The notes beneath the pieces were generated by a model that saw only the letters and a program-made list of their open reading frames with translations, was not told the DNA's origin and ran no database searches. Below, piece after piece: positions 24,391 to 32,054 of a DNA stretch of 33,619 nt. The stretch spans positions 1 to 33,619 of the IMG/VR virus record IMGVR_UViG_3300020084_000052. The stretch is one strand, 5' to 3'. The first letter of the stretch is position 1. Every line of letters begins with the position of its first letter. The position numbers and the translations under genes were made by a program. This stretch comes from a virus. Its lineage: Duplodnaviria > Caudoviricetes.

Positions 24391-25259
24391 CGGGCTGCCC
24401 CGGTGGACTTGGCGCGCTGGTACATCTCCACGGCCTCGGCCCAGGCCTCGGGCGTGGGGTGGGTGCCGTACGGCGTCGACCGGCGCCAGGCCTCGACCTG
24501 CTCGACCTGCCACGGGTCCAGGGAGTACGGCCGGAACCGGTCGCACGCCAGGCACTTGCCGTGGCCGAGGCCGGGCCGCTCGAAGCGGGGCGGCTGGCAG
24601 GTGCAGGTCCGCCAGGCGATCGCGGCGGCCGAGCACCAGTGGTGGAACAGGCCCGGCTCGCCCTGCCACCAGCGGCCGGCGGGCCGGTCCCAGCCGTGCG
24701 ACACGTTGACGACGTCGCCGCGGCGGGACCGCCCCGAGCACCAGCCGCACCGGGTCAGCGCCCACCGGCGGAGGCCCTGCAGCGGGTGGACCTGGAGCCG
24801 CCAGTGGTGGACGTGCAGCCGCCACCGGTCGTCTCGGACGCGGCGGCCTTTCCGGGCCTTGGCGACGGCGGCGATCGCCTCGGCGAGCACCTTCTCGACG
24901 CGGTCCAGTTCGGCCAGCGACGGGCCACCGAACCGGCCGAGCAGGGCCAGGCGGTCGGCCTGGGCCTGCTCGAGCGCCTCGACGGCGAGGCGGATCCGCT
25001 CCCGCGCGGGGCCGTCGACGACGGTCCGCCAGTGGGCGCACACCTCGCCGGAGTCCCGGCCGTCGGGCTCTCGGTGCCAGACGGTCAGGAACGGCGGGAA
25101 GTAGAACCGGCGGCCGGCGACGGTGACGAACGGGGACGGCCGCCACCCGAGGCCGCGGCCGTGGCCCCAGTCCCAGCGGGTGCCGGCTCGGGCCGGCTCG
25201 GGGCGGAGCCGCGGCCAGGGCCGGCGGACCGAGAACGCGACGACCAGCGGGTCATGCAC
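24387..25259 (-). CDS. Hypothetical Trp/Cys/His-rich protein, 290 aa
   Basis: TVWHREPDGRDSGEVC, WRLHVHHWRLQ and CxxC pairs; coupled to its neighbours. Confidence 0.7.
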   Translation of the reverse strand: MHDPLVVAFSVRRPWPRLRPEPARAGTRWDWGHGRGLGWRPSPFVTVAGRRFYFPPFLTVWHREPDGRDSGEVCAHWRTVVDGPARERIRLAVEALEQAQADRLALLGRFGGPSLAELDRVEKVLAEAIAAVAKARKGRRVRDDRWRLHVHHWRLQVHPLQGLRRWALTRCGWCSGRSRRGDVVNVSHGWDRPAGRWWQGEPGLFHHWCSAAAIAWRTCTCQPPRFERPGLGHGKCLACDRFRPYSLDPWQVEQVEAWRRSTPYGTHPTPEAWAEAVEMYQRAKSTGAAR

Positions 25260-25488
25260 CGGAGGCCTCCCGTCCGAGGCGGACGCGGATCCGGGCGCCG
25301 CCGGCGGTGAGCACGCGCACCTCGGTGACGTTGCCGGGCAGCACGGCGACGGTCAGCAGTTCGCCGGAGTACTCGGTGACGGGGCCGAGCGCGCACGGTG
25401 GGCGGTGCTCCCGGCCGGTGACGGTGACGGTGGTCCCGAGCCGGTCGACCAGTTCCGCGGGGCTGGCCGCGGTCAGGGTGTCAGGCAC
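25252..25488 (-). CDS. Hypothetical protein, 78 aa
   Basis: 8-nt overlaps with both neighbours. Confidence 0.55.
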   Translation of the reverse strand: MPDTLTAASPAELVDRLGTTVTVTGREHRPPCALGPVTEYSGELLTVAVLPGNVTEVRVLTAGGARIRVRLGREASGA

Positions 25489-25843
25489 CGGACGACGCCC
25501 GTCCGCGCCGGGCGCGGTTGACCCCGTCGCCCACCGGCTCGGGCTCGGCGTAGGCCACCTCCTCCTCGGCCGGGTAGGCGGCGGCCTCGGGCTCGGCGGC
25601 CACCGCGCGCGAGCGGGCCTCCTCCCGCTCGGCCCGGATCCGCTCGGCCTCGGCCTGGAGCTCGGCGCCGCTGGGCTGGTCGGTCTCCCACTCCACCCGG
25701 AGCAGGTCGACGCGCAGGAACACGCGCGCGTCGGGCGGGGCCTGCCCAACCGTTTGCAGGTGGGCCACCAGCAGGCCCAGGTCGGCCAGGCTCAGGGCCT
25801 CGCCCTCGGGCACTCGGTGCTGCGCTTCTCGGGTCACCTTCAC
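25481..25843 (-). CDS. Hypothetical protein, 120 aa
   Basis: GGAGGAG RBS; GTGA overlap. Confidence 0.6.
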   Translation of the reverse strand: MKVTREAQHRVPEGEALSLADLGLLVAHLQTVGQAPPDARVFLRVDLLRVEWETDQPSGAELQAEAERIRAEREEARSRAVAAEPEAAAYPAEEEVAYAEPEPVGDGVNRARRGRASSGA

Positions 25844-26130
25844 CGCGTCTCCTCCACTAGACGAACGGACACCCGGGCGTGGGTCGCCTCGGGGCACGGG
25901 AACGGGCGGAACGTACCGCCCGGGTCTGACAGGCAGCCGTACAGCACCCCGACGGAGAACCGGGCGGGGCCGGGTTCCCGGCCGAGGGTGACGGCCAGCG
26001 CCGCGCGGGCGGCGGTCTCGAGCTCGGTGAGCGCCGCCGGCCAGCGCCGCGGGTCGGCGACGACGTCCCGCGGGATCACCGCGCACACCCCGCCCTCGAC
26101 CGAGGCCGGGGGCGGGTCGATCAGGGCCAC
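25840..26130 (-). CDS. Hypothetical protein, 96 aa
   Basis: Fills the gap, with overlaps at both ends. Confidence 0.5.
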   Translation of the reverse strand: MALIDPPPASVEGGVCAVIPRDVVADPRRWPAALTELETAARAALAVTLGREPGPARFSVGVLYGCLSDPGGTFRPFPCPEATHARVSVRLVEETR

Positions 26131-26486
26131 AACTCCGTCCAGACCAGACGGACGGCGGGCACCAGCACGGCGACCAGGGCCAGGGCGAGGGCGACCGCGG
26201 CGCCGGCGGCGGCCCACCAGACGACGCGGCGGGGCAGGCCGGTGCCGTCGTCGGCCTCGAGCAGTTCGCCGGCGAAGTGCTCGACCCGGTCCCCGAGGTC
26301 GCCGAGCGCGGGGCGGCGCCAGCGGGACGGGTGGGCGACCGGCCCGCCGTCGGAGTACTCGGCGACGTCTTCCCAGAACTCGGGCGGGTCGTCTTGGTCG
26401 TCGTCGACGGGGTGGAGCCGGCGCACGCCGGCGATCGGGGCGGTGCGGGTGTCGTCCGGCTCGGTGCCGGCTGGGATCTCCTCCAC
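26121..26486 (-). CDS. Tail-anchored membrane protein, 121 aa
   Basis: GAGGAGG RBS; acidic N-terminus and one C-terminal TM helix. Confidence 0.6.
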   Translation of the reverse strand: MEEIPAGTEPDDTRTAPIAGVRRLHPVDDDQDDPPEFWEDVAEYSDGGPVAHPSRWRRPALGDLGDRVEHFAGELLEADDGTGLPRRVVWWAAAGAAVALALALVAVLVPAVRLVWTELWP

Positions 26487-26503
26487 GGGGGCCTCCTCGG
26501 GGC

Positions 26504-28066
26504 TCAGCGGCCCATCATGCCGCGCCGCGGTCCGCCGATCCGCGCGGTCGCTGGCCGGCGCACGCCCACCGAGGTGGACACCTGGGCCGGGCCCTTGTCC
26601 TCCCCGAGGAAGTACCGCACCCCGTGGACCAGGGCGTCCAGCCGGTTGGGTGACCACGTCGCGTTGGCCTCGTACGTGGTCTGCTCCTCCTCGAGCTCGG
26701 GGAAGGCGCCGACGTGCCAGACGCCGGTCGTGGGCCGGTTGGCCGACGGGTACAGGGCGGCGACGGGCTGGGCCCGATCGAACTTGGTCCCGCGCGCGGG
26801 CAGTGGCACCAACTTGGGCAGGACGTCGGCCGCGGGGATCTCCCCTTGCCGCTGGAGCTCGGCCCAGGTGTTCCGGATGCCGAGCGCGACGTTGTCCCCG
26901 CCGTAGTTGGACTCGTACAGGATCGCGCCCACGGCGTGCAGGTGCGCGGCCCGGCAGACCGCGGCGTACCGCTCGTCGGGGGTGCCGGCGGTGGAGTCGT
27001 CGGCCAGGACCAGGATCGGGCCGGGGTCGTCCAGGTTGGCGGCCTTGGCGCGGGCGTCGGCGACGACGGCTTCCAGTTCGGCGGCGGTCAGCACCGCGCC
27101 GTCGGCGGCGGTCAGGTCCGGGGCCGTGCCGGGGCGGGCTCGGCCCAGGGTGACGATCCCGGTTGCGTCGCCCTCGGCGGATCCGGAGGGGTCGACGACG
27201 GTCACCCGCTCGACCAGGTCGGGCAGCGGGCCCAGCCAGCGGGCGCGGCTCAGAGTGGCCGTCTTCCACAGCGCGCCCTCGATCTCGTCCAACATCTCGC
27301 CCCCGAGTTCCTGCCGGCCCAGCGCGCTGCCCCCGTACTTCCGCTCGAGCCGCCGGAGCACGATCGGCGACAGGTTGGCGGCGTTGTCGAAGGTCGACCC
27401 GTGGGTGATCACGATCCCTTCCTCGGGATCCTTGGCGCGCTCGACCAGTTCGATCATGTGCTTGACCCGCTTGGGCGTGGTCGTGATGATCCCGAACGGC
27501 TCGGTGGCCTCCCGGAGCCGGAACTCCAACATCTCCAGGGTGGCCGTCGGCTTGCTGCTCTTGGACTTCCGGCCCCAGGCGGCGAACTCCTCGCACCAGA
27601 ACCCGTCGAAGGCGAAGCCGCGGAGCCGGTCAGGGTCGTTGGAGGAGAACGCCCGGAACACGGTCCCGTTGCGGAGGGTCAGCGTCGTATCGCCGCTGCT
27701 CTCCACGTAGGCGAGCCGGCCGCCGCGCCCGCGGGCGATCTCCTCGGGGGGGATCACGGCGAGCAGCCCGGAGGTGGGGTGCTCGAAGCAGATCTCCCGG
27801 ACGTCGCGGTCGCCCTCGTGAATCACCGCGATGTGCAGCGGCCGGGCGGTGCCGCGGCGCCGGCACTCCTCGGCGGCGGTGCGGGTCTTGCCGAACCCGG
27901 CGCCGGCGAGCAGCAGCCAGACGTAGGCGCCGGCGGGGTAGACCTGGGAGGGCCGGCGCTTGGCCTCCCAGTTGTACCGCTCGGCGTCCCGGTCGGCGTC
28001 GATCGCGGCGGCCAGGGCCAGGATCTCCCCCTCGAGCTCGTCGTCGGTGAGGTTGTGCAGGCTCAC
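26504..28066 (-). CDS. terL: Terminase large subunit, 520 aa
   Basis: Walker A AGAGFGKT, RLRG...WCEE Walker B, ITTTPK, STFDN, GRQELGGE; nuclease VVDPS, YESNYGG and SPNRLDA. Confidence 0.93.
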   Translation of the reverse strand: MSLHNLTDDELEGEILALAAAIDADRDAERYNWEAKRRPSQVYPAGAYVWLLLAGAGFGKTRTAAEECRRRGTARPLHIAVIHEGDRDVREICFEHPTSGLLAVIPPEEIARGRGGRLAYVESSGDTTLTLRNGTVFRAFSSNDPDRLRGFAFDGFWCEEFAAWGRKSKSSKPTATLEMLEFRLREATEPFGIITTTPKRVKHMIELVERAKDPEEGIVITHGSTFDNAANLSPIVLRRLERKYGGSALGRQELGGEMLDEIEGALWKTATLSRARWLGPLPDLVERVTVVDPSGSAEGDATGIVTLGRARPGTAPDLTAADGAVLTAAELEAVVADARAKAANLDDPGPILVLADDSTAGTPDERYAAVCRAAHLHAVGAILYESNYGGDNVALGIRNTWAELQRQGEIPAADVLPKLVPLPARGTKFDRAQPVAALYPSANRPTTGVWHVGAFPELEEEQTTYEANATWSPNRLDALVHGVRYFLGEDKGPAQVSTSVGVRRPATARIGGPRRGMMGR

Positions 28067-28230
28067 CCGTCACCGCCCGGGAAGGTGAGGACGACCAGCA
28101 CCAGGCCCCAGCCGACGGCGGTCGCGCCGAGGCCGAGCAGGACGCCGCGGGCGAGGCCGCGGGGCCGTGCGGATCCGGCGAGCCAGAGGGCGAGGCCGAG
28201 CAGCACCAGCAGCGGGCCGACGCTGGTCAC
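28063..28230 (-). CDS. Small 2-TM membrane protein, 55 aa
   Basis: Not in the ORF track; GTGA overlaps with both neighbours; MTSVGPLLVLLGLALWL... Confidence 0.6.
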   Translation of the reverse strand: MTSVGPLLVLLGLALWLAGSARPRGLARGVLLGLGATAVGWGLVLVVLTFPGGDG

Positions 28231-28724
28231 GGGATCAACTCCGGGTGGTCGTCGACGACCAGGGCGAGGACGGCGCCGACCAGCACCGCCCCGTCCAGTT
28301 CGCGGTACTCGGTGCGCTCGGAGAGGCGGGCGGCCAGCCCGGCGCGCGCCCGGAACCGCGGATCCGCCTCGTACCGGCGGACGGCCTCGGCCACCAGCGC
28401 GTCGGCCTGGGCGTCGTCGACGTCGATCGTCTCCACGTCGGGCAGGTGGAGGACGTCGACGGCGTGACCGAGGGGCAGGGACAGGGTGCGGGCCTGCCCG
28501 TCGTCCTCGGTGAACGTCACCGAGGCGTACACGCTGGACACGTCCGAGGGGCCGACGTCGTCCAGCCGGCCCTCGAAAGTCTGCCCGCGGGCGGGCCGGT
28601 CACCGATCCGGCCGGGGTGGTCGACGGTGAGCCGGATCCGGCGGCCGACGTGCCGGGCGAGCAGGCCGAGGGACGCGGGCCGCCAGTCGCCGAGGTCGAT
28701 CGGCGCGGTGACCGGCTCAGCCAC
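28227..28724 (-). CDS. Hypothetical protein, 165 aa
   Basis: Coupled ORF with a globular-looking sequence. Confidence 0.65.
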   Translation of the reverse strand: MAEPVTAPIDLGDWRPASLGLLARHVGRRIRLTVDHPGRIGDRPARGQTFEGRLDDVGPSDVSSVYASVTFTEDDGQARTLSLPLGHAVDVLHLPDVETIDVDDAQADALVAEAVRRYEADPRFRARAGLAARLSERTEYRELDGAVLVGAVLALVVDDHPELIP

Positions 28725-29259
28725 GGGGCTGGGACGGGTCGAAGATCAGCCAGCCGCGGGCGACCAACTCATCGGCGACGGCGGCGACCGCGCGGGTAGC
28801 CCCGAGCCGGTACAGGTCGGCGGGCGAGACGACGCCGGTCGCGTCGGGGATCACGTCGGCCAGTGTGCCGATCCGGGTCTCCACCGCGCGCACGAACTCC
28901 TCGCCGAGAGGGACCGCGTCGATCGGCAGGTCGGGGCCGGGCTCGGTGCGCGGGGACGGCGCGGCGGCAACGTCGACGTGCAGCCAGGCGCCCCAGCCGT
29001 ACCGGATCCGCTGCCGGCCGCGGCGGTCGGTCTCGGGCACCTCGGCGGCCCACGCCCGACACTGGCCGGCGCAGCCGCCGAGCTCGGCGGGGACGTGGCA
29101 CTCGTCCAGCGTGTAGTGCTCGAAGTCCGGGCCCCAGGCGACGCACCGGGCGGAGTCGTGCGGGCAGCGGGTGTGCGGGCACGGGCCGAGGACGGGGGCC
29201 GCGGCCTTCCCGGGGAACCACGACACCTCGCCGGGGTGGTCCAGGCTCGGCTCAGCCAC
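28717..29259 (-). CDS. Hypothetical Cys/His-containing protein, 180 aa
   Basis: GAGGAGG RBS; CPH..CPH...C...C..C cluster. Confidence 0.65.
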   Translation of the reverse strand: MAEPSLDHPGEVSWFPGKAAAPVLGPCPHTRCPHDSARCVAWGPDFEHYTLDECHVPAELGGCAGQCRAWAAEVPETDRRGRQRIRYGWGAWLHVDVAAAPSPRTEPGPDLPIDAVPLGEEFVRAVETRIGTLADVIPDATGVVSPADLYRLGATRAVAAVADELVARGWLIFDPSQPRG

Positions 29260-29353
29260 GCGGCGGCACCTCCTCGGGGCGCGGGGTCAGCAGGGCCAGC
29301 AGCCCGTCGACGACGACGACGATCACGGCGGCGAGGTTACGGACCAGGCTCAC
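29252..29353 (-). CDS. Micro-ORF, hydrophobic, 33 aa
   Basis: GTGA overlap and fills the gap; MSLVRNLAAVIVVVVDGLLALL... Confidence 0.4.
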   Translation of the reverse strand: MSLVRNLAAVIVVVVDGLLALLTPRPEEVPPRG

Positions 29354-30042
29354 AGATCCTCACCGGCCACGGCGCGGACGACCAGGCCCTCGAGCCAGCG
29401 GGTGACCGCGTCCCGGGTCACCAGGTGGACGGGGTCGCCGTCGCCGGTGTGGACGGTGGCCGGCTGGAGCTCGTCGCCGGCGAGGACGACCAGCCGGCGG
29501 AGGAACGCGGCCCGCGATCGACGTTCCGCGGCGACCGGGTCGGTGGTGAGGTCCGGCGGCGGGTCCGCGGGGACGGGCAGCGTCGGGGTGATCAGGTACC
29601 GGCCGCCGTCGACCTGGGGCAGGTTCTCGACGACCGCGCGCACCAGGTGGTCGGCGACGTCCTCCGGGGTGCCGGCCCAGGCGTTGCCGGCGATGCCGAC
29701 CAGGTGGTCGGTCGTGACCCGGCCCCAGACTCGGATGATCGGGTCGCGGGTGTAGCCCTCGGGGCGGGACAGGGCGGCGACGATCACCCGGTGGAGCGGG
29801 TGCCGGCGGGCCTCCTCGTCGGGCTCGGTGCGCGTCGACGGGGGCGGGGTCTGGTCGCCGAGGACGGCGGGCCGGTGCTCGGCGCGGATCCGCTCGGCGT
29901 CGTCCCTGCAGGTGTCGCAGATCCGGACGCCGCCGCAGCGGTGGACGGGCGGGCGGTCGGCGGGGTTGGCGGGGGCCACGGTGACGCCGGGCACGGGGTG
30001 GCCGTGCCGGGTCCAGGGCCCGCCGGCGTCGGTGTCAGGCAC
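29350..30042 (-). CDS. Hypothetical protein with N-terminal HGH...RCGG..ICxxC zinc-binding motif, 230 aa
   Basis: Coupled ORF. Confidence 0.65.
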   Translation of the reverse strand: MPDTDAGGPWTRHGHPVPGVTVAPANPADRPPVHRCGGVRICDTCRDDAERIRAEHRPAVLGDQTPPPSTRTEPDEEARRHPLHRVIVAALSRPEGYTRDPIIRVWGRVTTDHLVGIAGNAWAGTPEDVADHLVRAVVENLPQVDGGRYLITPTLPVPADPPPDLTTDPVAAERRSRAAFLRRLVVLAGDELQPATVHTGDGDPVHLVTRDAVTRWLEGLVVRAVAGEDL

Positions 30043-30619
30043 GGCGGATCTCCGATCGGGTGAGGCGGACGCGGATCCGGTCCGGGACGCCGTCGGGGTA
30101 CCGGGCGGCCACCCGGTACGGGGTGCCGTCGACCAGCACCTCGGCGCCGACGTCGGGGGAGTCGTCCAGGTAGGAGAACCAGGCGGCGGGCCAGGTGGTC
30201 TCGACCTGGTCGGCGGGCAGCGGCGGGGCGACGGTGAGCAGCGGGGCCAGTTCGGCGGCCCACGCCTCGGCGATTTTCCGGACGTCGTCCCCGGGAGGGC
30301 CGGCGGTCTCCCGGTCCAGCAGGCCGGCCAGGCGCTCGACCAGCGCGGCCGGCACCTCGGCCGGCTGGCCGACGGGCGGGTGGTGCCGCATCGCGGCGAT
30401 CCGGGCCGAGCGGCGCCGCGGGTGACCCTCGCCCTGGCCGACGATCTCTCCGTTCCGGGCCTGGACGTGCCACCGCCAGTCGATCAGGCGGCCGAGCGCG
30501 CCGGCCTGCCAGACGGTGACCCGGTCGCCGTGGGCCGTCGTCCAGCGCTGCCCGGTCATGGCCGGGGACAGGCCTTCCGGCGCCGGCAGGGTCTCGATCA
30601 GGGGCGCGGTCTCGGTCAT
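30035..30619 (-). CDS. DUF1508/YegP-like domain protein, 194 aa
   Basis: WRWHVQARNGEIVGQGEGH..R..A pattern; ATG 30619 with GGAGGAG RBS. Confidence 0.65.
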   Translation of the reverse strand: MTETAPLIETLPAPEGLSPAMTGQRWTTAHGDRVTVWQAGALGRLIDWRWHVQARNGEIVGQGEGHPRRRSARIAAMRHHPPVGQPAEVPAALVERLAGLLDRETAGPPGDDVRKIAEAWAAELAPLLTVAPPLPADQVETTWPAAWFSYLDDSPDVGAEVLVDGTPYRVAARYPDGVPDRIRVRLTRSEIRRA

Positions 30620-30638
30620 CGTCGTCTCCTCCACTGGG

Positions 30639-31220
30639 TCACTCTCCCGCGCCGGACGGCGGGGTGTCAGGTGAGGCCGCCGGCGCGGCGGCCTTCTGCT
30701 CGGCGGTGAGCCGCCGCTGGGCCTCGGCGATCAGTTCGGCCAGCCGCGCGGCCTTCTCCTCCGGGGTCATGCCGGATACGTCGACCGGGATCGGCCCGCC
30801 GTCGGGGCCGGAATGCTGGACGACCTGGGGCCCGTCCAGGCCCAGCAGCCGCGCGCGCCGCTCGGCCACCCGCAGCGCCCGATCGACCGCCCCGAGCTTC
30901 CCGGCGATCACCTGGGGCCACAGCGCCCGCAGCATCAGGTCCAGGCGTTGCGTCTCCAACTCGATCAGTTCCCGGGTCGGTTCCCGCACCGCTTCCCGGA
31001 GCGCCTGCTCGACCGCCCGGTACGCGGTGCCCTTGTTCGAGTACAGACGACGCCCGTCCGCACCGTGGGCCGCGGCGATCTCCTCGAAGGTAGCGCCGGC
31101 CTTCCGGAGCTCGACGGCCTGCCGTCGCTTCTCGGCCGCGGTGACCTTCACGGTGGAGCCGGCGCCGTTGGGTCGCTTCCCGGTCGGGGTTGCTTCCCCA
31201 GGGTTGGTGGGGGTGGTCAC
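30639..31220 (-). CDS. terS: Terminase small subunit (HTH), 193 aa
   Basis: RRQAVELRKAGATFEEIA, RLD.ML.ALW, RRARLLGLD and HSGPDGGPI motifs. Confidence 0.8.
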   Translation of the reverse strand: MTTPTNPGEATPTGKRPNGAGSTVKVTAAEKRRQAVELRKAGATFEEIAAAHGADGRRLYSNKGTAYRAVEQALREAVREPTRELIELETQRLDLMLRALWPQVIAGKLGAVDRALRVAERRARLLGLDGPQVVQHSGPDGGPIPVDVSGMTPEEKAARLAELIAEAQRRLTAEQKAAAPAASPDTPPSGAGE

Positions 31221-31405
31221 TGGGAGGCCTTGCGGGCGAGGGCGTAGTCGCGCTGGGTGCCGGGGTCTGGGGGGAGGCCGAGCAGCCAGCGGGCGAGGGG
31301 TCCGAGGGGGCTCCGGAAGGTGGGGAGCGGGGTGCCGCATCGGCGGCAGGTGAGGCCGGCGGGGTCGTGGGGTGGGCAGGTCGGCGGGGTGTGCGGGTCA
31401 GTCAC
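31217..31405 (-). CDS. Hypothetical protein, 62 aa (C..H...CxxC)
   Basis: GTGA overlaps at both ends. Confidence 0.55.
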   Translation of the reverse strand: MTDPHTPPTCPPHDPAGLTCRRCGTPLPTFRSPLGPLARWLLGLPPDPGTQRDYALARKASQ

Positions 31406-31698
31406 CGGGAAGCCTTCCGGGTGCGGGGGTGCGGGGTGGGGTGTTGCTTTCCGTCCAGTGTGCGGGTGACTCCTCCGGAAGCCTTCCGGGCGAGGGTGGA
31501 CAGGTCGTCGGGGAGGGTGCCGGCGTCCAGGTGTCGGCGGATCTCGGAGGCGTCGATCGCGCCGGTGTGGGCGTCGGCGGCTCGGCGGCGTGCGGTGCTC
31601 GGGGGCGGCGGGAGGATGCGGCGGTAGGCGACGACGGCGAGGGCGGCGAGGGCGGCGCACTCGGCGAGCACCAGCAGGGTGAGCAGGAAGCCGGTCAT
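31402..31698 (-). CDS. Membrane protein with N-terminal TM, 98 aa
   Basis: ATGA overlap; hydrophobic N-terminus. Confidence 0.6.
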   Translation of the reverse strand: MTGFLLTLLVLAECAALAALAVVAYRRILPPPPSTARRRAADAHTGAIDASEIRRHLDAGTLPDDLSTLARKASGGVTRTLDGKQHPTPHPRTRKASR

Positions 31699-32054
31699 CG
31701 GCGTGCCTTTCCGGGTCGGCGCTTGGGAGTGCGGGTGATCCTGGGGCGGTCGGTCGCGCAGGTGGCGGCGACGATGTAGCCGAGCGGGTGGTCGGCCAGG
31801 AAGGCGGCCATCTCGTCGGCGACCTGGGCGGCTTCCGGGGTGTGGAGGTGTTCCCGGAGGTTGGCGAGGCCGGCGTCGCGGGTCCAGACGGCCCACTGGA
31901 CGGGGCCGGCTCGGCGGGGTCCGGCGATCTCGACGACGCGGTCGTGGGTCAGTTGCTTGGCCGTCTCGACGTCCAGCAGGGAGCGGACGGCGGCGAACTT
32001 GAGCGGGGTGTCGCCGTCGCCGCGGTGGCCGTGCCAGACCGGGAGGCCGGTCAC
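31695..32054 (-). CDS. Hypothetical protein, 119 aa
   Basis: GTGA overlap with the MTase stop. Confidence 0.6.
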   Translation of the reverse strand: MTGLPVWHGHRGDGDTPLKFAAVRSLLDVETAKQLTHDRVVEIAGPRRAGPVQWAVWTRDAGLANLREHLHTPEAAQVADEMAAFLADHPLGYIVAATCATDRPRITRTPKRRPGKARR

